A stretch of DNA of 64,000 nucleotides from Caldisphaera sp. (GTDB taxonomy: Archaea; Thermoproteota; Thermoprotei_A; Sulfolobales; Acidilobaceae), in contig JBMFKU010000001.1 of assembly GCA_049971805.1 (NCBI GenBank), positions 70,498-134,497 on the forward strand. The letters run 5' to 3'. Positions 21,167-31,258 of the stretch are shown piece by piece. Position 1 is the first letter of the stretch; the number at the start of each line of letters is the position of its first letter. The notes beneath the pieces were generated by a model that was not told where the DNA came from, did not search any database, and saw only the letters and a list, made by a program, of their open reading frames with translations. The position numbers and the translations under genes were made by a program.

Positions 21167-22612
21167 TTGTGGGGTAATATGTTAAGAATAAACCTTCCTA
21201 AAAAAGAAATAAACACATTTTATGCATTTTCAGAAGAAGTTCCATCTGAAGAATATTGTAGAGGATTAGCATGCTATGTAGCTAGAAACCTAAAACCTGA
21301 AATATGGAAAAAAGCAGTTTCTCAAAACACTAGGACTTATTGCTTAGGTAAATGCTATTCTTCACCTTCTTCATCGAGTTATGATGAAAAACCAATTATT
21401 CAAAATAAATCAAGAGAATCGATTTTATTGAAATATATGATTAAAGAAAATTCTAATATAAAAGATTATTTAGCTCTCGGAGGATTCAAATCAATGGAAT
21501 ACGCTCTAACTTCAATGTCTCAAAAAGAAATTATTGATGAAGTTGATAAATCTTTTTTAAGAGGAAGAGGAGGAGCCGGATTTCCAACTGGAAAAAAATG
21601 GCTATCTGTTTTTAACCAAAAAGAAAAAGAAAGATATCTAATAGTTAATGCAGACGAAGGGGATCCTGGGGCATTCAGTGATAGGTTCTTAATGGAATAT
21701 TCACCTCACTTAGTTATAGAAGGTTCAATCATATCAGCATATGCTATAGGTGCAAAGAAGATTTACTTTTATATAAGAAGAGAATATCCAAAGTCAATAT
21801 TTAGGATAAAAAATGCTATATTAGAAATAAAGCATTATTTTGAAGGTAAATTGAAATTACCTGATATCTTAGTTGAAGTTGGGAAAGGAAGTTATGTATC
21901 TGGAGAGGAAACTGCAATGATAAATGCAATAATGGGTAGGAGACCAGAACCCATGCAAAGGCCTCCTTTTCCAACTGAAAGAGGACTTTTTGGGAAGCCA
22001 ACAGTTGTAAATAATGTTGAAACCATATCAAACATACCATACATAGTTGAAAATGGTGGTAAGAAATACTATGAACTAGGATTTTCTAAGAGCAGGGGAA
22101 CCAAATTAATTTCTTTAAATTCATTATTTAATGAACCAGGATTGTATGAGGTGGAATTCGGTATAACACTTGATGATATAGTTTATAAAATAGGAGGAGG
22201 ATTAAAAAAAGGTAAGTTAACTGGTGTCTTAATTGGAGCACCTTTTTCAGGAGTTGTTAAACCAGATGAATTAAATACAAGGCTTGGATACGAAGAATTA
22301 AAGGAGATCAATGCTTCATTGGGTCATGGAAATATAATAGCATTTAATGACGAAACTAAAATTGGTGATCTATTGCATGAAATTCTCCTTTTCTCTTCTT
22401 ATGAATCTTGTGGAAAATGTACACCTTGTAGAGTTGGAACAAAGAGACTAGAAGAAATATTTTCTAAAGGATATGTATCATTAAATGAATTAGATGAGGT
22501 TAACGATATAGTTTATGCGTTAAGAAAATCAAGTTTATGTGGATTAGGTACAGGCACAGGGGAAACAGTAAACACCTTTTTATTAAAATATAGAGATGAG
22601 GTGATAAAATAA
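21167..22612 (+). CDS. NuoF/HoxF-like NAD(H)-FMN subunit with N-terminal NuoE-like [2Fe-2S] domain
   Basis: TFY..CRGLAC...CLGKC, then LRGRGGAGFPTG, NADEGDPG, GEETA, ESCGKCTPCR, SLCGLG. Confidence 0.88.
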   Translation: MWGNMLRINLPKKEINTFYAFSEEVPSEEYCRGLACYVARNLKPEIWKKAVSQNTRTYCLGKCYSSPSSSSYDEKPIIQNKSRESILLKYMIKENSNIKDYLALGGFKSMEYALTSMSQKEIIDEVDKSFLRGRGGAGFPTGKKWLSVFNQKEKERYLIVNADEGDPGAFSDRFLMEYSPHLVIEGSIISAYAIGAKKIYFYIRREYPKSIFRIKNAILEIKHYFEGKLKLPDILVEVGKGSYVSGEETAMINAIMGRRPEPMQRPPFPTERGLFGKPTVVNNVETISNIPYIVENGGKKYYELGFSKSRGTKLISLNSLFNEPGLYEVEFGITLDDIVYKIGGGLKKGKLTGVLIGAPFSGVVKPDELNTRLGYEELKEINASLGHGNIIAFNDETKIGDLLHEILLFSSYESCGKCTPCRVGTKRLEEIFSKGYVSLNELDEVNDIVYALRKSSLCGLGTGTGETVNTFLLKYRDEVIK

Positions 22613-24717
22613 TGAAGGTTAAAATCGATGGTAAAGAATTAAATTTTAATAAGAAAATAACGATATTAAATGCAGCGAGAAGCATAGGTATAGATATACC
22701 GAGTTTGTGTTATGATGATCGCTTGTCTCCGTATGGTTCTTGCAGGTTATGCCTAGTTAACATAAAAAGTAAAGGTATTGTAACTTCTTGTAACACGTAT
22801 ATAGATGATGGTATGGAAATAGAAACAGAAAATGAAGAAATAAATAAATTAAGGGTAGAAAATTTAAAATTATTGTTACACAAATATCCAAAAGGTTATG
22901 ATAAAAAATATGCAGATAAGAGATTTCATGAATTAATTAAAAAATATAGGTTAGAGGCAAAGATAGAAAGTGAAGATACAAAATTGATTGATTCTACTCA
23001 TCCATTAATTTATGTTAATATGAATAGATGTATTAATTGCTACAATTGTGTTAGAGCATGCGAAGATATAGTAGGAAAGCTTGTCTGGAGATCTGTTAAT
23101 AGAGGTTATAATACGTTAGTAATAGCAGAAGGTAATAAATTAGGTAATAGCTCTTGTATAAGTTGTAGAACGTGCATTGACGTATGTCCGAGCGGAGCTA
23201 TCGAGGATTCGATTTTAATTAAAAACGTGTATCCTCAAAGATGGATAGACTCTACATGCTCTACATGCTCTATTGCATGCCCAGTTAAAATTGGCCTATC
23301 TAACAATGATCCTTCTTTAGTTAAGTTAGATGATAAAAAACTTAAATATGCAACTGATTGCTTGCTTGGAGAATATCATTGGGAAGATACATACTACAGC
23401 ATAGAAAGAATATATTATCCTTTAATCAGAGCAGAAAATAACTTTTTAAAAACAAATTATGATCATGCTATAAATTACTTAGCGAGTAACATAAAAGACA
23501 TAATCTCTAAATATGGGCCAGATAAAATAGGTTTTTTAGTTGCAAATAGATTAACTATGGAAGAGTATTATGTGTTGCAAAAACTTGGCAGAGATGTAAT
23601 AAAGACAAATAATATAGGTTCTAACTTAGATATTTGTTTTAAAGATGACTTAAATAATTTATTAAATTCTATAGGTTTTGTTCATTCTTCTATAGCTTTA
23701 GATAAATTAGATGAATCAAAGGTAGTATTTGTAGTAGGAGAGATTGATAGGTATCATCCTGCATTATCTTCTATTATTAGAAAAATATCCTTGCAAGGGA
23801 AGACAAGTTTGATTGTAATAGACTCATTAAATAGCAACAAACCTATACATAATGCATCCGATATTTATATAAATGTTGATGAAAGCACTATGGCTAGAAT
23901 TTTCAAATATATAAATTATTTGCTAATAAAAGAAAATAGATATGATAGAGAATACATAAATAATATAGAAAATTTGAATTCATATTATAAAAAAATTGAG
24001 AATGAAATTAAGAATAAAGAAGACCTAATTCCACTATATGAAAAACTAGATGCAATATTTAGGCTCATAAGTGAAAATAAACCTATAACTTTTATAGTCG
24101 AGTTAAACAATGATAATGAATTAAGTAAGGAAATAATAAACACGTATTTGCTTTCTAACAATAGCAAATTAAACAATAAAATTATACCTTTGTTTGGTAG
24201 CTGCGATTTAATAGATTCTCTTTATATGGGCGTTTCAAATAAATTTGAACCGGGATTAAAGCCAAGCAATAAAACCGGTTTGGATGGACTATCAATAATA
24301 GAAAAAGCAGAGAAGGGGGAAATAAAGGGTTTAATTGTTATTGGTAATTCACTATTAAATTCAAATTTGTATAGGGAAAAAATACTAAAAGCATTAAAAA
24401 GAGTGGACTTTATAGCGCAAATAACTCCAAAATTTGATATTGTTGCTAAATATTATGCCAAATTAATTATACCATCTCCTACAAGCCTAGAAAAAGATGG
24501 CCATTATTTAAGCATCGATATGAAGATAAGGAAATCAAATAAAGCAATAGATAATGGGATAAAACAGGAATTTAATATATTTAATGAGATTTCAAAATCG
24601 CTTAATGGCTTTTATTATAAAAGTAATGAAGAAGTCTGGAATGAAATTGGTTCTATTAATGAATACTTAAACAATATCCTAATTAATAAATTTAAGGGAG
24701 GATACCTGTTAATATAG
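22612..24717 (+). CDS. NuoG/FdhF-like Fe-S protein with degenerate molybdopterin domain
   Basis: [2Fe-2S] IPSLC..GSCRLC..SC, two [4Fe-4S] CINCYNCVRAC and CISCRTCIDVCP, CSTCSIAC..C; FDH motif altered to NLDICFK; no C-terminal domain IV; TAATG coupling to the upstream gene. Confidence 0.8.
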   Translation: MKVKIDGKELNFNKKITILNAARSIGIDIPSLCYDDRLSPYGSCRLCLVNIKSKGIVTSCNTYIDDGMEIETENEEINKLRVENLKLLLHKYPKGYDKKYADKRFHELIKKYRLEAKIESEDTKLIDSTHPLIYVNMNRCINCYNCVRACEDIVGKLVWRSVNRGYNTLVIAEGNKLGNSSCISCRTCIDVCPSGAIEDSILIKNVYPQRWIDSTCSTCSIACPVKIGLSNNDPSLVKLDDKKLKYATDCLLGEYHWEDTYYSIERIYYPLIRAENNFLKTNYDHAINYLASNIKDIISKYGPDKIGFLVANRLTMEEYYVLQKLGRDVIKTNNIGSNLDICFKDDLNNLLNSIGFVHSSIALDKLDESKVVFVVGEIDRYHPALSSIIRKISLQGKTSLIVIDSLNSNKPIHNASDIYINVDESTMARIFKYINYLLIKENRYDREYINNIENLNSYYKKIENEIKNKEDLIPLYEKLDAIFRLISENKPITFIVELNNDNELSKEIINTYLLSNNSKLNNKIIPLFGSCDLIDSLYMGVSNKFEPGLKPSNKTGLDGLSIIEKAEKGEIKGLIVIGNSLLNSNLYREKILKALKRVDFIAQITPKFDIVAKYYAKLIIPSPTSLEKDGHYLSIDMKIRKSNKAIDNGIKQEFNIFNEISKSLNGFYYKSNEEVWNEIGSINEYLNNILINKFKGGYLLI

Positions 24718-24812
24718 TTAAAATAAAACATTTTTAATAGATAAGAAGGTATAATGAGATATAATGAAAAGCTTAATTATTCTTTTATGTATAGATACAA
24801 GGGGGGACTTAA

Positions 24813-25325
24813 GTGGTTAAACTATTAATGGCTATTCCTAATAAGTGCACAGGTTGTGGGAGATGTGAAGAAGCTTGTTCATTTCATCATTTTAATATTA
24901 TTGATCCTACCCTTTCTGCAATACATGTAGTAAGGATAGAAAATGAGCCTTTAGATGCTCCAGTATTTTGCATACAATGTGGATTGTGTACTCTTCCAGG
25001 AGTATGCCCAGAAAATGCTATTTATAGGGATCCAAACACATTTGCAGTTATAATAGATAGAAATAAATGTGATGGCTGTACAAATTGTATTGCAGTTTGC
25101 CCATATGGTGTTATAACATTAGATCATATTGAGAAGAAAGCTATAAAATGTGATTTATGTGGAGGAGATCCTCAATGTGTAAAGGCATGTCCTGAAGGTG
25201 CTTTGCAATATCTGGAAGCTGACGATTCGGCATATTATAAAAGATATTTCTTTGCTCAAATGCAAAAGAAAGGGCTTATACCAATAGTACCATATCCATC
25301 CCCAGGTACAAGGGAGGCTGTTTAA
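24813..25325 (+). CDS. 4Fe-4S dicluster electron-transfer subunit (AorA/WorS-like)
   Basis: CTGCGRCEEAC, CIQC..C...CP, CDGCTNCIAVCP, KCDLC...CVKACP. Confidence 0.9.
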   Translation: MVKLLMAIPNKCTGCGRCEEACSFHHFNIIDPTLSAIHVVRIENEPLDAPVFCIQCGLCTLPGVCPENAIYRDPNTFAVIIDRNKCDGCTNCIAVCPYGVITLDHIEKKAIKCDLCGGDPQCVKACPEGALQYLEADDSAYYKRYFFAQMQKKGLIPIVPYPSPGTREAV

Positions 25326-25326
25326 G

Positions 25327-27246
25327 ATGAAGGAATGGTATGGTTATACAGGTAGAATTTTAAGAGTAGATTTAAGCAAAGGTAAAGTAGTTGTTGATGA
25401 GTTAAAAGATGATTGGCCAAAGCTTTATGTCGGTGGTTTGGGATTTGCTGCAAGGATAATGTGGGATGAGTTTACTCCATTAACTGATCCATTATCTCCA
25501 GAAAGCATATTAATTGGAACCGCAGGTCCTATGACTGGTACCTTAGCACCAGGTAGTGGAAACATATTTTGGGCATTTAAGTCACCCTTAACTAATTTCT
25601 GGGGGGAAACTAGATCTGGAGGTAAATTTGGGGCATTTTTGAAGTTTAGTGGGTTTGATGTAATAATTATAAAGGGGAAGTCACAAGAACCTGTTTACTT
25701 GTATTTAGAAGGAGGAAAAGCCGAGATAAGGAAGGCAGACCATCTATGGGAAATGACTGTGCATCAAGCTACAGATACTATTAAAGAAGAAGTCGGGGCA
25801 AAAGATATTTCAGTTACAACAATTGGTCCAGCTGGAGAAAATCTGGTTAGATACGCATCTATAATAAATGACTATGATAGAGCGGCTGGTAGAACTGGTG
25901 GAGGTGCAGTAATGGGATCTAAGAAGTTAAAGGCTATTGTTGCAGCTGGAGGATATGGAGTAAGGGTGTATGATCCAGAAAGATTTCTATCTCTTTCATA
26001 TGAAGCTGAAAAGGCAATAATATCTGATGCTGGAAACAAAGGTATGGGTGCCCACGGAACAATAGGGGGCTTATCATTATTGAATACCGTAGGGGGTTTA
26101 CCTACTCAGAACTTTAGGACAGGTTATTTCGAGAACGCCGATAAAATATCAGGAGATTATTTGGAAAGAAATTATATGATAAAGAGGAGGGCATGCTATA
26201 GTTGTACAATAGGTTGTAGCAGGTATTCTTATGTTGCAGCAGGAAAATACGCTACCCCTCCGAATGAAGGCCCAGAGTATGAAACCGCTGATATGAGTGG
26301 AGCAATGTTAATGAATGGAAACATGGAGTCAATAATAAGGTTTAATTACTTAGCCAACAATTATGGTATTGATACCATATCTTTAGGCCATACTATTTCG
26401 TGGGCAATTGAGGCATATGAATTAGGTATGTTAACTGATGAAGACACTAATGGAATAAAACTAAGATGGGGGGATCCTGATATTATGCTAAAATTAGTTA
26501 ATATGATAGCATATAGGCAAGGCATAGGAGATTTATTGGCTGAAGGCAGTTATGCTGCATCTAAAAAGATAGGAAAAGGGTCAGAGGAAATAGTTAATCA
26601 TGTAAAGGGTTTGGAATTTCCTGCCCATGATCCGAGGGTTGAATCTAAGTTTTTGGCCATCCAATATGCAGTGGGTCCAAGAGGGGCTTGCCACATACAT
26701 CCAATATATCCATCATATGATATGATGGGAGTTGATAGCGGGCTAAGAGCTGTAGGATTACCTTGGCCATTACCAGATAGATTAGATGAGACAGGAGTTA
26801 ATAGAGGTAAGGCATATAGAGTAATAGCTTTATATGGTGAAGTATTAAATAGCCTAGGATATTGCAATTTCTACGTACAAAGTAAAGAAGATGGATCTTT
26901 ATCTCCTAAAAGGCTATCTGCTTTGTATTCATCTTTAACAGGAATTGAACTAACACCAATGCAAATTTTTGAAGCAGGAGAAAGAAGCTGGAATCTGAAG
27001 AGGGCATTTAATATAAGAGAAGGGCTTAATAGGAAGCATGATACATTACCTAAAAGGGTTAAAATGCCTGTAATGACAGGACCAGCCAAAGGCTTAAAGG
27101 TTGAAAATCCTGATGGAATGGTAGACGAGACCTATGAGGCGTTTGGCTGGGAGAAGCAAAGCGGCTATATAAAGGAAGAAACATTAAGAAGACTTGATCT
27201 TGATGATGTAGCTGAGTACTTAAAAAATGTTAAGAAATTAGCATAA
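25327..27246 (+). CDS. aor: tungsten-containing aldehyde:ferredoxin oxidoreductase family
   Basis: GRILRVDLS, KSPLT, IGPAGEN, AAGRTGGGAVMGSKKLKA, CYSCTIGC, EYET, DTIS, HDPR, RGACH. Confidence 0.93.
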   Translation: MKEWYGYTGRILRVDLSKGKVVVDELKDDWPKLYVGGLGFAARIMWDEFTPLTDPLSPESILIGTAGPMTGTLAPGSGNIFWAFKSPLTNFWGETRSGGKFGAFLKFSGFDVIIIKGKSQEPVYLYLEGGKAEIRKADHLWEMTVHQATDTIKEEVGAKDISVTTIGPAGENLVRYASIINDYDRAAGRTGGGAVMGSKKLKAIVAAGGYGVRVYDPERFLSLSYEAEKAIISDAGNKGMGAHGTIGGLSLLNTVGGLPTQNFRTGYFENADKISGDYLERNYMIKRRACYSCTIGCSRYSYVAAGKYATPPNEGPEYETADMSGAMLMNGNMESIIRFNYLANNYGIDTISLGHTISWAIEAYELGMLTDEDTNGIKLRWGDPDIMLKLVNMIAYRQGIGDLLAEGSYAASKKIGKGSEEIVNHVKGLEFPAHDPRVESKFLAIQYAVGPRGACHIHPIYPSYDMMGVDSGLRAVGLPWPLPDRLDETGVNRGKAYRVIALYGEVLNSLGYCNFYVQSKEDGSLSPKRLSALYSSLTGIELTPMQIFEAGERSWNLKRAFNIREGLNRKHDTLPKRVKMPVMTGPAKGLKVENPDGMVDETYEAFGWEKQSGYIKEETLRRLDLDDVAEYLKNVKKLA

Positions 27247-27346
27247 TATAATCATTTTTTATTTGTAATTTTATTTATTAGTAGAGGTTTTTATGCCAAT
27301 TTCTTTAGTAAAAATTTGGATTTAACTGATAGGGAGCTGTTAAAAG

Positions 27347-28438
27347 TTGAAGGTAAGAAAACAAGAAGGTATATTAATAACTGTTATGTCATTAAATGGT
27401 ATAATTTTTGGATCCTCTCAATTGGTAAATCCATTATATCTTAAAGACTTAGGATTAAATTCTGCGATAATTGGTTTTCTTTTAACAGGTCAAATGCTTA
27501 TTGGATCTATGCTATCAATAACTCTTTCTATTTTTGGCGATGCCTATGGAAGGAAAAAATTCGCAATATTAAGTAGAGCAATAAGTATAACAGGTTTATT
27601 TATTTTATTTTTAGGCATCCCTTTTGGTATTCTAATGTCAACTTTAATGGGTGGAGGAGGATTAATTGGTGCTCTTATGGCAGAAAAATCTAGAGACCTA
27701 GATAAAAATTTAAGTATAGCATATTCTTCCAGTACATTCCTATCTATTTTAGGAGCATTATTACCAATTTTTATATCATTAAGGTACATAATTTTAATAA
27801 ACTTATTTATAGTTACGTTGGCAGCGATCCTTCTCTTATTTGTAAAAGAAGAATATAAAGGAATGGGAAAAATTGATATTAGACTCAAGTCCATAAATAA
27901 GGTAGCAAAGCTTTCAGTTGAATCCTTTATAGGCTTGGGAGCAGGTTTAATTTTACCTATAATGTCTCTATGGTTTTATTTGAGGTTTAATGTAAGTGCT
28001 CAACAAATGAGTCCAGTATTTGCTATATCAGATGCATCATTAGCAATAACTACTCTTTTCTCTCCTAAGCTCTCAAAAATTTTTGGTAGAGTAAAGGCAA
28101 TAGTCTATACTCATATTTTGGGAATTATATTGCTAATACTGCTTCCATTAGTAAATTCTTATTATTTGGCCACGTTAATATTTGTTTTGAGAAATACAGC
28201 CATGAATATGACTGGTCCCTTGTTTAGCTCATTTATATTAAATCTTATTCCTAAAGAAGAAAGGGCCAGAGGGCAGAGCTTAATAAATTTAATAGATTCA
28301 ATACCAAGAAGTTTTGGACCATCAATAGGAGGTTATTTATTTTATTTAGGTAGGCTTGACATACCTTTTTTCATAACATCTGGTCTCTATTCTATAGCGA
28401 CTTTGGGCTTTTATTTATTTTTTAAAGATGTAAGATAA
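27347..28438 (+). CDS. MFS transporter
   Basis: GDAYGRKK motif A, multiple TM helices, ERARGQS. Confidence 0.85.
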   Translation: MKVRKQEGILITVMSLNGIIFGSSQLVNPLYLKDLGLNSAIIGFLLTGQMLIGSMLSITLSIFGDAYGRKKFAILSRAISITGLFILFLGIPFGILMSTLMGGGGLIGALMAEKSRDLDKNLSIAYSSSTFLSILGALLPIFISLRYIILINLFIVTLAAILLLFVKEEYKGMGKIDIRLKSINKVAKLSVESFIGLGAGLILPIMSLWFYLRFNVSAQQMSPVFAISDASLAITTLFSPKLSKIFGRVKAIVYTHILGIILLILLPLVNSYYLATLIFVLRNTAMNMTGPLFSSFILNLIPKEERARGQSLINLIDSIPRSFGPSIGGYLFYLGRLDIPFFITSGLYSIATLGFYLFFKDVR

Positions 28439-28512
28439 TAAACAAAACTGCATTTAGAACAAAAGAAAATCTTAATTTAACAATATATTTAGGTTAGATA
28501 TCTAAAAAATTC

Positions 28513-29415
28513 TTGGAGGGAGGATTGAGGTGTATGGATTATTTAGATTCAGAGGTAGGGAAATTAAGAGAAGTAATGATGCATGTTCCTGGGAAAGAGC
28601 TGGAACTCGTAAATGATAAAAATTATAATAAATATCTTTTTTCTGCTCCAAATATAGATAAAGAAGAATTCAAAAAGGAAATAATTGATCTTATAGATCT
28701 ATATAAAAAAGAAGGAGTTAAGGTTAACCTTGTTCAAGGGTTAGAGGATAAACCAAATGCTGTATATTCTAGAGATTCTTTTCTGATGACGCCAAAAGGT
28801 GCTATAATTTCAAATTTTAAATATGATGTTAGAAAAGGAGAAGAATTAGAATATGAAAAGGCATTAAGAGAATTAAACTATAATATAATAAAGAAAATGC
28901 AAGGTGTTGAAATTTTTGAGGGTGGGAACGCACTAATATTAAACAGCGAAACTGCCTTAGTTGGTATAGGGGAAAGAAATAATAAAAATGGAGTTGAGGC
29001 TTTCGTTTCTTTAATGCAATCAATGGGTTTTAAAAATATATTAGAAATTCAAACACCAATGAGCAAGATACACATAGACGAGTATGTATCTCAAGTAAAT
29101 GAGGATACAATTATTACTATTAGGCAGCTTTTTCCATGGGATATAGCAGATCAACTAAGAAAGCTAGGATTTAATATAATAACTGTAGAATATGGGGATG
29201 TATCTAGTGATTTAAAGGCTAGATTATGCCTTAATTCAGTTGCATTGGCGCCAAATAAAATTGTAATTGGAGAAGGATGCAATACTGTAAGAAAAATACT
29301 AGAAGATAATGCGGTTGATGTAATTTTAAATAAAATTGATGAGGTAGTGAAGGGTGGGGGAGGGATTCACTGCGTAACAGGCCAATTAAAGAGGGATAGT
29401 ATAAAAATAGGTTAA
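28513..29415 (+). CDS. amidinotransferase / arginine deiminase / DDAH superfamily
   Basis: SEVGKLREVMMH, YSRD, EGGN, HID, GGGGIHCVT catalytic Cys; start probably ATG 28534. Confidence 0.85.
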   Translation: MEGGLRCMDYLDSEVGKLREVMMHVPGKELELVNDKNYNKYLFSAPNIDKEEFKKEIIDLIDLYKKEGVKVNLVQGLEDKPNAVYSRDSFLMTPKGAIISNFKYDVRKGEELEYEKALRELNYNIIKKMQGVEIFEGGNALILNSETALVGIGERNNKNGVEAFVSLMQSMGFKNILEIQTPMSKIHIDEYVSQVNEDTIITIRQLFPWDIADQLRKLGFNIITVEYGDVSSDLKARLCLNSVALAPNKIVIGEGCNTVRKILEDNAVDVILNKIDEVVKGGGGIHCVTGQLKRDSIKIG

Positions 29416-29527
29416 TGATAATTGTTCAAATTTTTAAATTAATTTTTAAATTAATATTATTATTAATTTGTATTCATTAATGTATTTTATTTTTAGTTAT
29501 AGATTATAATTTGGTTGTGCTTGGTGA

Positions 29528-31249
29528 GTGATTATGGGAAGAATAACTGGTGGTGAAGTTATAAAGCGCTTGTTGGTTAATGAAGGTATTGATTACGTTT
29601 TTGGAGTTCCTGGAGATCAGTTATATCCATTATTAGATGCTTTTTATGACAAAAAAATAAAATTCATTACTTTTCATCATGAAGCTGCTGCAGCCCATGC
29701 AGCTGATGGATATGCAAGAATAACAGGAAAGCCTGGAGTTGTTATAGCAACTGTTGGTCCTGGCGCAGCAAATTTGATAGGAGGAGTTTATCCTGCTTTT
29801 GCTGAAGGTATACCAATGGTTATAATAACAGCTCAAAATCAATCATGGAAATCATATCCAGATCATGGATCGATGCAAGCATTAGATCAAATTAATTTGT
29901 TAAAGCCTGTAACAAAATGGAACGCCTATGTTAGCCAGTGGAATAGAATACCTGAATTATTTTACTGGGCTTTTAGGAAAGCTCTAACTGGTAGACCAGG
30001 ACCTGTTCATCTAGATGTTGCAGTAGATGTTTTATATCAAACAGGAGATGAAAACAATGTAACGATATTAAAACCAGAAAATTATAGACCATTAAGTGGT
30101 CCTTCAGGAAATCCGAATTTAATAGATGAAGCAGCGAGGCTTTTAACAAAAGCAAAAATGCCTTTAATTCATTTAGGTGGTGGGATTTTAAGATCTAATG
30201 CAACAGAAGAAGCTCAAATGCTTGCTGATTATCTGAAAGCCATTGTTACTACATCAATTGGAGGTAGAGGTAGTATACCAGAAGATTATCCATCGATTCT
30301 TCTTCCATCATTACCAGGTGCTTTAGAAGCTCAATCAGAGGCTGACGTAATTTTAATTGCCGGTTCAAGATTAGGAGATCTGGACTATTGGGGAAAACAA
30401 CCAGCTTGGGGTGATTTTAAAGATCAAAAGACAATTCATATAGATATTACTGGAGAAGACATAGGATTAAATAGACCTGTAGAAGTAGGTATAGTTGGAG
30501 ACTTAAAAATAGTTTTAAGTCAATTATTAGAAGCTGTTAAGAAATATAGTCCGCCTAGAAAAGACTATCCAGAAAAGCTTGAAAAATACAAAGAATCTGA
30601 AAGGGAATACCTAAAGTCGATGGAAGATTTATCTTATTCCAATTCTATTCCAATTCATCCCTTAAGAGTTGTCAGAGAAGCCAGAGAGTTTTTCCCAAAG
30701 GATTCAATAACCATAATAGATGGAGGAAATACAACAGTTTGGGCTTCATATTTAAACAGAATTTATATGCCTAGAACTTATTTAAGCACTGCTAGCGGAG
30801 ATTCTGGTCATCTCGGATCAGGAATTTCATTTTCGATAGCAGCAAAGCTAACAAACCCGGATAAATATGTTTATGCAATAACAGGAGATGGTGCCTTTGG
30901 ATTTCATGTAGCCGAGTTAGAAACAGCTTGCAGAGAGAATTTGCAAATTACTATTTTGGTTTTAAATGATAGCTCATGGGGAATGATCAAAGCTGGCCAA
31001 ACCCTATATTACAGTAAAAGGCATGTGGGAGTTGATTTCTCCGAAATAAGATATGATTTGATAGCTGAAGCCATGGGATGCCATGGAGAATATGTAACTA
31101 AACCAGAAGATATAAAACCTGCATTAAGAAGGTCTATAGATTCTAAGAAGACATCAGTAATTAATGTTATTGTAGATAAAAATGCGATTCCTCCTCATTT
31201 CGAAATTTTAGCCGGTATTTGGTTAGAGGGTGTTGAAATGCCTTCTTAA
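29528..31249 (+). CDS. ThDP-dependent enzyme (ALS-like decarboxylase/lyase family)
   Basis: HEAAAAHAADGYAR, GPGAAN, GPVHLD, GDGAFGF..LNDSSWGMI. Confidence 0.88.
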   Translation: MIMGRITGGEVIKRLLVNEGIDYVFGVPGDQLYPLLDAFYDKKIKFITFHHEAAAAHAADGYARITGKPGVVIATVGPGAANLIGGVYPAFAEGIPMVIITAQNQSWKSYPDHGSMQALDQINLLKPVTKWNAYVSQWNRIPELFYWAFRKALTGRPGPVHLDVAVDVLYQTGDENNVTILKPENYRPLSGPSGNPNLIDEAARLLTKAKMPLIHLGGGILRSNATEEAQMLADYLKAIVTTSIGGRGSIPEDYPSILLPSLPGALEAQSEADVILIAGSRLGDLDYWGKQPAWGDFKDQKTIHIDITGEDIGLNRPVEVGIVGDLKIVLSQLLEAVKKYSPPRKDYPEKLEKYKESEREYLKSMEDLSYSNSIPIHPLRVVREAREFFPKDSITIIDGGNTTVWASYLNRIYMPRTYLSTASGDSGHLGSGISFSIAAKLTNPDKYVYAITGDGAFGFHVAELETACRENLQITILVLNDSSWGMIKAGQTLYYSKRHVGVDFSEIRYDLIAEAMGCHGEYVTKPEDIKPALRRSIDSKKTSVINVIVDKNAIPPHFEILAGIWLEGVEMPS

Positions 31250-31258
31250 GGTGAGATT

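Noticed and set aside
22612-24717. Annotation as a functional formate dehydrogenase alpha subunit
   Set aside because: Catalytic His and surrounding motif are altered and the C-terminal molybdopterin-binding domain is missing
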